64,000 bases of DNA from Neodothiora populina (taxonomy: Eukaryota): contig NW_027191415.1 in assembly GCF_041146345.1 (NCBI RefSeq), positions 372,001 through 436,000 of the forward strand. The letters are read 5' to 3'. The position numbers were made by a program, and so were the translations under genes. The notes below the pieces were generated by a model that ran no database searches, was not told the origin of the DNA, and saw only the letters and a program-made list of their open reading frames with translations. How positions within the stretch are numbered: the stretch's first letter is position 1; each line of letters starts with the position of its first letter. Shown here piece by piece: positions 11,114 to 21,495 of this stretch.

Positions 11114-12198
11114 CTAAATTGAAACGATTACTTTGCCTCTCGCCTTTCCGGTATTCAATCGCTCAAATGCCTCTCTAGCCTGCTCGAACACCCATATACT
11201 GTCGATGACGATTTTGTCAAGTGGTAGCGTCGTCGTTTCTTCCAACCAGTCTCTTCTGAACATAAGGTTCACACAGTCATACTTGATCCTGCTCAACCCC
11301 AGTCTTCCCAATGTATTCCTGAGTAGCATTCTTGGATACTAGAGGTAAATTGCAGACCCTCCCATACTTGCCCGGCTAGTTTTATCGCCAACAATGGTCA
11401 CGTACCTGCTCGCAAGCTCAAGACATTCTGTACCACCCACACAATCAACGACTGCATCAGGGGCATACTTTTTGACAGCATCAGGAACAGATGTGTTCAT
11501 ATAGTCAACCACAGTTGACGCGCCCATGGATCTGACAAAGTCGGCATTTCGGCCAGAGCAAGTGGTAAGGATATCCCAACCACGAGCAGCAGCTAGATGG
11601 ACCGCATACATGCCCGTGCTGGAGCTGCCTCCAAGGACTGCGATCCTCTTATGTTTCACAACATCAGGCTCGACTGCTGCAATAGTTGTGCGCGCCGTTA
11701 ACCAGACCAAGGGGAGAGCCGCAGCTTGCTCCCAGGTCCAAGTCGAAGGTTTCTTGACGACTAGGCTCGCTGAATCTTTGGTGTCAATCAACACCAATTG
11801 CTGAAGTGTGCCAGTCGTCACCGCAAATTGGATGCCGAAGACCTGTTCGAAAAAGAGCAATTGAGTATATTGCGACCGGAGCACTTCACAGGGTTCTTGT
11901 TATGGACCATTAGGCTCACCTCGTCTCCAGGCTTGAGCCCACTTTCGTCTCCTGCTACCTCGACAATACCTGAGAAGTCATTTGCAACGCCTTTTCTTGG
12001 AGGCGAGACTGAAGCTGGGAGATAGGCCCAGATTGGTAGGTTCATGAGCTGGATGTCTACTGGGTCCAGTGCAGCAGCTTTCACGCGCACGAGTAGTTGT
12101 GTCGGTGATGCGCTCGAGTACGCTGGGATGTCTGACAATCCGAGTGCGCTCGGATAGCCTTCATGGGTGTATGTCCATGCTTTGATCAATTCTGCCGT
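11114..12198 (-). pseudogene. YIM1/RTN4IP1-like zinc-independent quinone oxidoreductase (MDR family) with ACG at the start position and in-frame TAG at 11339-11341
   Basis: KAWTYT, VRVKAAALDPVDIQ, DFSGIV, AAALPLVWLTA, LGGSSSTG, IDSIWVFEQAREAFERLNTGKARGKVIV. Intron 11919-11843. Reading continues in frame across the TAG (AIYL*YPRMLLR). There is no in-frame ATG upstream of KAWTYT. Confidence 0.8.
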
Positions 12199-13477
12199 TA
12201 TGTCCGCGATGATGCTTTGTTACCACTAATGAAATACAATGAAATACAATAAATCAATAAGAGTCCATGTAGACATTCGATTGAGGGGGATCGACGAGGC
12301 GACGATCTCCAACCAAACTTTAGCTTTTGTTCGAGAGCAAGGCCACGAACACGCACAATTACAGTAACACCATTCAATGACCTCATGATAGCTTCTTAGC
12401 GAGCATGTCATGTTCTTTCGTCGCAACACTCCAGATACCTACCTGTACCGTGCCGAGTCGTGCGTGACTTCATGAGTTCTGCAGTTCAGAAGACCATATC
12501 GTAGTCATTCAAGTACCGATCGAGTCACCTATATCAGATACCCTGAAGATTTTCCCTTTAGGTGCAAACTCCACAAAGGCGCACAAGGTGAACAAATCGT
12601 TCGCCGAGGTGTAATAAGAAGGTTATTGTCTATCTCACGTCTTCACTCCAACAGCGGTACTGAATAGTCGGGGAACCTTATTCTGGCAATGGAGACGACA
12701 AAGTGGTAGCTCGTCTAGAGGGTCGACCAAAATTATGCTCTCCTGTTCATCTCGTGTCTATACCACATCTGCTGACCGTTATTTTCGGACATAGTAGAGT
12801 GCTTGATGAGAACATTCCACACATCCGCCAGGCTGAATTACCTAGTACATGGCTTTCGGCTTCATGCATTATAACATTCACCATGCATCATAGTTAACAT
12901 ACATAATTTAGTTGCACTGTTCCTGAACTACAGTCATTGATCCTTCCCTAGATACTCGGGATACAATAGCTGCTAGTCTTCCTACCGTACGTAAGGTACC
13001 TACTTGCTCTACAGTAACTCAGATGGACTACCTAGATGAATGACCCGAAGCGCTTGTCAGAAGTGGTGCCTTTGACTATGACGAATGTGGACAAAGCCGA
13101 GGCGCCTCGGTGCTCGGAAGGAGGGAACGCAAACTGCGAGCTTAAGTCACGTCGTCGAATTGTAGGCAACGAAATTACCTTCCTGTAGCCAGCGAAATTA
13201 CCTTCCTTAGGTAGTCTTGGATGGGTAATCGCATAGTTCCATAACAAGCCTCTCATACTTGGTGGCGACGTTGAACTCTGTCTCCGCATGATCTACTGTA
13301 ATGCCCACAGCCCTGATACTGGCTGAGGGGTAGATGCCGAACTGGACATAAGTATAGGACCATATGCCATGATGTTCTGTATATACTTTTACTGTCGACA
13401 GCAAGTGCTAGGCAAAGCTCAAACATAAGTTTTTTCAACGTCTGTATACTTCTACACCATATTCTTATAGTGTAGCA

Positions 13478-14950
13478 ATGGCGGACCAAACATCTAATGC
13501 CTTCGATGTGCTCATCATTGGCGCGGGTATCTCTGGTATCAATGCAGCCTACAGACTGCAAGAACAAACACCAGATCGCACCTATGCCATTCTAGAAGCA
13601 AGACATTCGATCGGGGGTACTTGGGATCTCTTCAAATATCCAGGCATCCGTTCCGACTCAGACCTTCACACCTTTGGTTTCCCTTTTCGCCCATGGGAGA
13701 AGGAGAATGCCATTGCTGATGGCCAGTCCATCAAAAGCTACATGGAGGATACTATGCATCAATTTGGCATAGACCAGCACATCCTCTACCACCATAAACT
13801 TTTGTCGGCGAACTGGTCTACAGATGGACAACACTGGGGTCTCAGTGTCGATCACGAGGGAACCAAGAAACAATTCCACGCCAAGTTTGTGATATTCTGT
13901 ACTGGATATTATGACTATAACGAAGCACTCCCCGCGAAGATTCCCGGTATCGACAATTTCCAAGGCCAAGTGATCCATCCTCAATTTTGGCCAGAAGACC
14001 TCGACTACCAGGATAAGGATATTGTAATAATCGGCAGTGGAGCTACTGCTATCACTTTACTTCCCAACTTGGCCAAGGGTGGAGCAGGACATGTGACAAT
14101 GCTGCAGCGAAGTCCCACATACATTGTGGCACTACCGCAGGTCAACAAGCTCGCATACTGGACTCGCAGGATACTACCTTTGAATTGGGCACTTAAGGTC
14201 ATCCGCTTTCAGTCCATCGTACTCCCTTTCCTATTCTTCAAATTCTGTCAAGCATTTCCGGAGAGAGCAAAGAGAGGTCTGGAGAAGGGAGTAAGGGCTC
14301 AATTGCCGGAAGGCTATCCAATAGATCCGGACTTCAAGCCCTCGTACAACCCCTGGGACCAACGATTATGTGTCAGTCCTGATGGTGATTTCTACGAGTG
14401 TCTGCGCCACGGCAAATCTAGCATAGTCACTGCAAACATCAAACAGGTCAACGAGAAGAGCATCCATCTCAAGGACTCTGACAAAGTCTTGACTCCAGAC
14501 ATCATCATCACAGCGACCGGCCTCAAGATTATGGTAGCAGGTGGCGCCAAGCTCTCCGTCGACAACGAAGAAGTCCATGTGCCACAGAAGCATTTGTGGA
14601 AAGGCGTGATGCTCGAAGATGTACCGAATGCTGCTTTCGCTTTTGGGTACACAAATGCATCTTGGACTCTAGGCTCTGATGCAAGCGCACAATTCGTGAC
14701 CCGATTGCTCAACAAAATGAAGAGAGACAACATTACACAAGCTGTGGCAAAGGTCGATCGAACGACCGGCTTGCAAGATAGATCTATCTTCAACCTGACT
14801 TCCACTTACGTCAAGGAAGCTGAAGGAGATCTACCTAAGGCTGGTGACAGAGCCCCGTGGTTGCGACGATCACATTACCTGAGAGACCTATGGGAAGCCA
14901 GATACGGCGACATGTCCAAAGAAATGATTTACTCTCGTATCTCTACGTAA
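13478..14950 (+). CDS. EthA-type FAD-containing (Baeyer-Villiger) monooxygenase
   Basis: GAGISG FAD motif, GGTWDLFKYPGIRSDSD, BVMO fingerprint FQGQVIHPQFWP, GSGATA NADPH motif, PWDQRLC, GYTNASWTL. Confidence 0.92.
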   Translation: MADQTSNAFDVLIIGAGISGINAAYRLQEQTPDRTYAILEARHSIGGTWDLFKYPGIRSDSDLHTFGFPFRPWEKENAIADGQSIKSYMEDTMHQFGIDQHILYHHKLLSANWSTDGQHWGLSVDHEGTKKQFHAKFVIFCTGYYDYNEALPAKIPGIDNFQGQVIHPQFWPEDLDYQDKDIVIIGSGATAITLLPNLAKGGAGHVTMLQRSPTYIVALPQVNKLAYWTRRILPLNWALKVIRFQSIVLPFLFFKFCQAFPERAKRGLEKGVRAQLPEGYPIDPDFKPSYNPWDQRLCVSPDGDFYECLRHGKSSIVTANIKQVNEKSIHLKDSDKVLTPDIIITATGLKIMVAGGAKLSVDNEEVHVPQKHLWKGVMLEDVPNAAFAFGYTNASWTLGSDASAQFVTRLLNKMKRDNITQAVAKVDRTTGLQDRSIFNLTSTYVKEAEGDLPKAGDRAPWLRRSHYLRDLWEARYGDMSKEMIYSRIST

Positions 14951-15047
14951 GATAGACACAGATTACATGAGCTATTAGACGTTATTCATGCATTAACAAT
15001 GTTAAATTAATGTTCGCTTTCGATTACATACCACCTCTGTTGTTTCA

Positions 15048-16263
15048 TTATAGAGGCTTCTTTCCGATCATCAAATACATGGGTGTGAAGAGCCCTTCGC
15101 TGCTGCCAGCGACGAGCGCATCCGCCCCAGCCGCCAATTCTTTCGCAGTCCTTCTTGTCCCCGGTGGCGCCATTCTGATGGTCTCCAGTACGGCGAGCAG
15201 TGATTCAATACTCCACTTGCCCAATTTGGTTAATCGTAGGCACGACATTATGTCCCATAATCCATACGCATGGCTCCATTCTCCAGTCAAAGGCGCATAC
15301 CAAGGCTTGATGTCGTTACCCTTCCTTTCGGCAAGATCCTCCAGGTGCTCCACTATAAAGCCTGCTGCACGCATGGCTGCCTCAGCAGTGGCTCTAGTGG
15401 TCATGTTTGCGATGCCATCCCCACGCTCGATACCTCATCTGATAGCGCGATGATGCTCATTGTCGTCGTCGTAGGCATCGGTCATGACCCACTCATAGAT
15501 GCCGACAGTCCCTCCCGGTCTCAGCACGCGGTACATCTGTTTGTACACGCCCTCCAAACTGGGCGCATGTACCGTTGCTTCGATAGCGTAGACTGTATCG
15601 AAGCTGTTCTCCTCAAAGGGCAGATTCATAAAATCAGCCTTGACGAAGGAGACCTTGTCTGATAGTCCATCCTTGGCGGCGTGTGCGGTAGCACGCTCGA
15701 TTTGATACCCGTTGTTGTTCACTCCGGTGACGTTGCAGCCTGTAAAGGTCGCGATTTGGCGAGCAGGCCCACCCACACCGCATCCTACGTCTAGAACTGT
15801 CATGTTTTCCTGGATGTTGATCTTGTGGGCGAGATAATGCTCATGTCGGGCAAGCGCTTGGAGAAGGGATTCGTTGGGTGCGAAGCGACAGAGATGGAAG
15901 GACTGAGCCCAGCCCTCTTCGTAAAGGTCGGTGGCTAGATCGTAATAACTTAAACATGTCGATAAATTGGCAAGCACGTCATGATAGCGAGACACAAGCG
16001 GAAGAACGTTGGCAATGTTAAAAGTAAGCTTACTTGTTGACAATGGACATATAGTCTCCTTTTCTGCCCTCACGAGCGCTCTCGCTATCTTTGGCTAGAC
16101 CATTGGCGAACTCCCAGTGACAGATATAGTCGTTTGTGATAGCACGATGAGCATCTCCGTCCTTGTTCAGCATGGACATAAAGGCATTGCGTTCCACTGC
16201 TGACTTGCCGTGCATCAGCTTGACGAAGTCGGCATCACGCTGGGTATCTTGTGAGGGATGCAT
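15048..16263 (-). pseudogene. Sterol 24-C-methyltransferase (ERG6/SMT family, probably a paralogue) with one in-frame TGA at 15435-15437 (intron 16033-15949)
   Basis: [52 protein letters not shown], then HHRAIR*GIERGDGIANM continuing in the same frame to PWYAPL and GLFTPMYL. Confidence 0.85.
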
Positions 16264-16953
16264 CTTCGATATATTTGCCAAGTAGGTTATCGAGAGAAAT
16301 GGAACTCATATAGGACAGCCTGTAGTTTGGTACCAAGGTTGCTTGCACGTTGACTCACAAAGAATAGTGATTCGCTGGTGAGGAGGATACAATGCTTAAC
16401 GGTGCATATATATATGTCGAGGGATGGATCAACAATGACCACGAAAACTAAGATAAGCGAGTCCTCAGACAGATCGTACGACTTAGACCTTGCTTGGACG
16501 ATAAGGCTCGCTACATGCTTATGCCACAGTCTCGGTATTGCAAACGCATGGGCTACTTCCTAGGACCATGATCCACAATCGTCTGCGGATAGTAAGTCAT
16601 TCGTTGCAGCATCCCAATTAGACTATACTGCATTGGAGTCGAGAGCGGTCCACATGACTAATACTTAGCATCATCTGATATTGCGTCCTGTATCGCATTC
16701 TGCTTTTTGTCCTGTAGGATGGAGTTGCATGTTACTCGATCATTGAATGTCGTTCGTCGTACCTAGTATATCGCTCTTCGTACTCCACCTCGCAGCTCGC
16801 AGCTCGCTTATAGTCTGATTATAGCAGTTGCAAAGTGCTTCGAGGTAGTGATAAGCAGGTTTTGATGTATGGATCGCTTGTGACAGATCATCTCGCTTCA
16901 AGTAGTGATTTCATTCTTCGTTATGATAAAGGCATATCTTGCATATTGTACTA

Positions 16954-18753
16954 TTAGTGGCCCATACCCTTTGCTCTCGCAGACTCTACGTATCTCCAAT
17001 ATCTCGCTGCGCTGGCTCCTCGGATCCGTCGACCAAGGTACAAGAAGATGAACATAGTGCCATTGACCGCAAGCGCGATCATTGCAACTGTGATGAAGCA
17101 ATTTTGCATCCCTTGTGCCTCGATCCAGGGATTGATACCATAATTGATCGCAAAGCTGAGAGTGTTGCGGATCAAAACAATTGTGGTGACGAGCTCGCCA
17201 CCTAGGTCTCGGTATGTGGAAGTTGCGTACTGAATTGCGGTCGACAGGCAAAGAGTGCTCGAGATCGCAAGAAGCGCTTGGGCGAAGACCATGCCGAACC
17301 AGTGGATTTTGCCTGCACCGACACCCCAGAGGATCATAGCGAAAGGAACGCACACCAAGGACGCCAGGAAGAGCCACAGTATATGCTCAGGCTCTGCCAC
17401 GCCGTTGTTCCGCCTGGCCATTCTCATGACTAACCAAGGGCCAGCGACCGACACCCAAAGAGAGCCAATGACCATACCCACCACAGCTCCAAAATAAGCG
17501 AAGCCTACGTCGTTGCTGGTGAACCCATACGTTTTCGTGTAGAGCGGACTGGCGGTGGCGTTGAGAATGCCAGACCAAACGAGACCGTTGGTTCCATACA
17601 TCAAACCGGCCCAGACAACCACGGGAAAAGAGAAGAACTTAAAGGGTGCCCACATCACATCAAGGATGCGGTTCGGTCGCTTCTTGTCCTTAACTCCCAG
17701 CTTTTGCCAATAAGTCTTACGAGGATAGACGACCTGTCCCATCTCTACGGTCGCAGTGTCGACGCCCTCTTTGACGCCTGACTTCTCAGTCTTACTGTCG
17801 GGTGTTTCAGGCACTGCATCGTTTTCGACGTCTACAGTCTCAACAGATTCCGGCACCTTCACTGTACGCGGCAATACACGATCGTAGTTGGTTTCTTCCA
17901 TCAGAAAGAAACAATAGACGAGAGCAATACCAATGCCAATAGCACACCACCAGAGCGTCCATCTCCAGTCCTGACCAGTGTTGATGAAAGCTGCGAACGG
18001 CGGCGCAAGTTTACCAGAAGCTGCGAGTGTAAGACCATAGACAGCCAAAAAGAGTGGTCGTTCATGAGCGAACCACTGTCCGATATTAGCAGGAATTACA
18101 GATAGATGGGACGCTGAAGACTAACGATATCGGTCATGCTTATCTCACAAAGACTTTCCACAGGCGCACCGAAGAAACCCTGCAGAATCTTGACGCCTGT
18201 GTACGGACCGACTGTAGTACAAAGTGGTGTCACAGCCATTATGACCACCGAGGCAGCCATTGAGATCAAATAAGCAGGACGCTTGCCATACTGCAGGGCA
18301 AGGGCTTGCCAGACAATACATCCCCAACCTACTCGCAGTCAGCTACATGCCTGACTCTGTGCTCCAACAGGAAACGAATCTTACCATAGAATAAGAACAT
18401 GGCTCCAGTGCCTTGTGTAAGATCATTGACGGTGAGGTCTGTTGCTTTGCTGATTGGTGTGGTGACCGAGTACACAGCTGAGGATGGGAAAACCATCATC
18501 AGGGTGTACATGACTACACATGAAACGTGAACAAGCTTCCTCTTACGGGTCCAATTCAATGGATCTTCCGGATCATCTGTGTATTCTGTTCAGTCGCATC
18601 GTACCGCGGTATTGTAGTATACTACGAACCAGAAGGTGTAGGAACCAAGACGATGTCCTGCGCCCTGTCCGAATGTTTGACATTGAGCTCGTGATCGAGA
18701 TCAACCAGCCTGACCGTGCCAGGGTGTGTCTTGTCATCTTCTATGATAGCCAT
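16954..18753 (-). CDS. HOL1-like MFS transporter (4 exons; introns 18629-18577, 18384-18329, 18125-18076)
   Basis: Splicing reconstructs IVLVPTPSDDPEDPLNW, QYGKRPAYL, QGFFGAPVESLCEISMTDIWFAHER, WRWTLW, MEETNYDR, NNGVAEPE and RNTLSF. Multiple TM helices, no internal stops. Confidence 0.88.
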
Positions 18754-19492
18754 TTCTTTACAAAACCCGGAGTTACCTGATGCTACAGTATGCAGCCGAA
18801 ATGCGCAGAAGTGGAGCCTCACATCAGTCCCTATGGGCGTTCGCCATTACTTATGTATGAGTGCTTTCATGCTTCTTGAACTCAGGCACTGGAGATCACC
18901 CCGACATGACCTCTTAAAAGCTGATAGCGCTTACAGGATAGGCCAGCTGCACCTAGAGCCCCAACAAACGTACCGGGGTTGTCTTGAATGTCAATGTCCT
19001 GATCGTCGAGCTGGGACAAGTGCCAAGATCTGTGAAAGATAGGGCAAAAGAGGCATCTTATAGAGCACATACATCTTAGGCAAGCATTCTCCGACGCGTT
19101 ACACGCTTCTACAAGTAGAGTACCTACCTTGCCTCACGATCGTAATTATATGATGCTCCGATGATCCCTCAGATGAGGTTGCCCGACGGCGAGGGGTTCC
19201 CAAGGGCGAGACTTGTGGGGCTCTTCCTGAAGCTTATCGCATCTCCGCATCTCTACTGCACCGTGTGGCATCTTTGCCCTATCAATCCAACCTCACGCTG
19301 ATATGTATGAAGGATTGGTCGAACGTTGCTGAGGCCGCATGAACATAGTCAGTGCAACATGCATTTAGATCAAATATCACTTCTTCCCCTGGTAGATGTA
19401 TTACGATCTCCAATCTCGCCGGGTTCCATGTGCCCTTATTCGTGGATTATAACCTCAATATTATTTAGTAAATTGAATACCAGGTCGTGACT

Positions 19493-20711
19493 ATGCCTGC
19501 AGGCAGAGATTAGGGAAGCAAAGCGCGCTCGTGCCGGGATGTTCAACGAATGTCAATCCAAATAGTAGTGTATCCCTAACGAGTAACTCGCATCAATGCA
19601 TAAGGTCAATGTAACTCGTGTACCATACGACAGCAATGTACTGCCTAACGAGGAACTTGAAATGACAGAGCAAGACGCCTCGGGTCTGAGAAGATCATAC
19701 CAGCCCGGGAAATGGACTGTAGAACAAGTCATAACTGCTTGCCTGAAACAGGCAGCGATCGGTCAGCAGCTGGTATGTACATAGCTTTGTTCTTGACTGA
19801 ATCTGTTCTGATCATCATACAGGTCGACTTGCAAACTAGTTCCTGACGGACGATGCGCTTGAAACAGAACGCTCTTTAGATCGTTACTTCAAGACCACCG
19901 CCGAATTGATTAGCAAGCTCTATGGTTTACCAATTTCCGTTGTGATATATTGACTTTTCTGCCATGAACACAAGAATGCAAATGTTGAAACCTTGCAGAA
20001 CATGTTCCGCTCAAAGAAAAGCTAGTCCATGCCTCATTTGTGTCAAAGATAGGTAATATACTTGCCCAAGACGCGCATTGGGTACAGCTACTGAAGAAAG
20101 CCGGTGGCGTGTTCACGGTCCGAACGAATGGTCCTAAATCGCTCGTAGTACGTCTGTTCCCTAGTATGTTGAATACTGGTCACAGCTGAAATCTTGGAAA
20201 GCATATAGATTGTGACAACAACATCACCGGACTGGCCTTAATCCTTGGACTCTTCGCCTATCGCCCGGTGGCTTATCTGGCGGCTGGGACCTCAACGTGA
20301 AGCGAGAACCTATAGGCGCGAGTATCACGCCTTGGTGAAGTGGAAAGGTGTCGATATCATCCTGTGCCCAACGTATCCCGGAGTAGGTGTCTTGCAAGGA
20401 GAAGCGAAATACTGGAAATATCCAGCGATCCGGAACATTTTGGACCACCCAGCTGCTGTATTTCCGACCGGCATGTCTGCAGACAAGACGCTCAATATGA
20501 TCGAGTCGAATTACGAGCCATCGAATGCGATCGATGAGAGGAAATGAAAAGCCCGTTCCTCATGAAAACCACACGTTATTCACTAACCTATCCTGACTCG
20601 CCGGACCTGTTTGATGGTGGTCCAATCACACCTCAACTTTCAGACAACCATTTCCAAGACGAGGATCTTCTCAGAGCAGCTAAACTGGTCGAGAGTGTCG
20701 TTCGAAGCTAG
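19493..20711 (+). pseudogene. Degraded acetamidase-like amidase (amidase signature family)
   Basis: Fragments EMTEQDA..WTVEQV..AAIGQQL, DRYFKTT..LYGLPISV, KAGGVFTVRTN, NPW..SPGGLSGG, VDIILCPTYPG, NILDHPAAVFPTG and QDEDLLRAA, broken by stops, frameshifts and a large deletion. Confidence 0.85.
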
Positions 20712-21495
20712 ATGATAGACTCATTTAACATGGTAGACCCGAATGCTAGTTTCGATGCTAGGCGTGAGCTTCTGTTGCTCTCAATTTTGCCCAAAGCACT
20801 CTTCGATACTGTAAGATAGGGTTCAGGAACTCAGCATTTGCATCCAGGAATACATAGATGATGTACGGTCTCGGCGGGGAACGATATAGCTCGTTGCTGA
20901 ATGACCTCTACACCGAAGACAGAATCATGGGTCCAGGTCACTATGCATCCAGGTCGATCGACGCATCCATTATCGTAGTAGTCTGGTTGATAGCATTTAT
21001 CGAACGACGTGTGATGCACATCAGACGTGTATTTGCACCCTAATCTCGATGCTGTAGCTGGGAGGTATGATGATAAGACTTTGCGCTCGATCTGTATACT
21101 CGAGGCGAGGTGATATGGTTATCTCCCCGCAGATGCAGTCCACAAGCTTCAGGCCAACACCTATCTGGCTTCCCCACATGCATATCAGTCACAGAGCTGC
21201 CCACCAATCACGTTGACATAACATGTCGATATAAGAGATTGTGCAGTGCACGACGACACCCATGTATGCCATAAACTTTCCGGAAAGTCAGACAGCATGT
21301 ATAACATTAACCGAACGTAGAAGGTCCATGCGAGCAATGTCAATGATATAGGTTGCATGTCTGTGCAATACTGATTTCAACTTCTTTGTTATTCTCGGCA
21401 TCGAAGTAGATCGTTGAACCTTCTGGCGTACCTTGCGTGAATGCTAAAGTCTGCATCCTCGGCTTTTGAAAGAACTTACATCGAGGACGCCCAGA

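Noticed and set aside
13478..14950. Intronless EthA-like gene as a bacterial horizontal transfer
   Set aside because: EthA-type BVMOs are widespread in fungi, many native genes here are intronless, and its composition is unremarkable.
11114..16263. Stop-codon reassignment (alternative genetic code) as the explanation for the in-frame TAG and TGA
   Set aside because: TAG and TGA terminate several intact genes in this window at the expected C-termini (e.g. amine oxidase SKL-TGA, MTD1 TAG), and long core genes have no internal stops.
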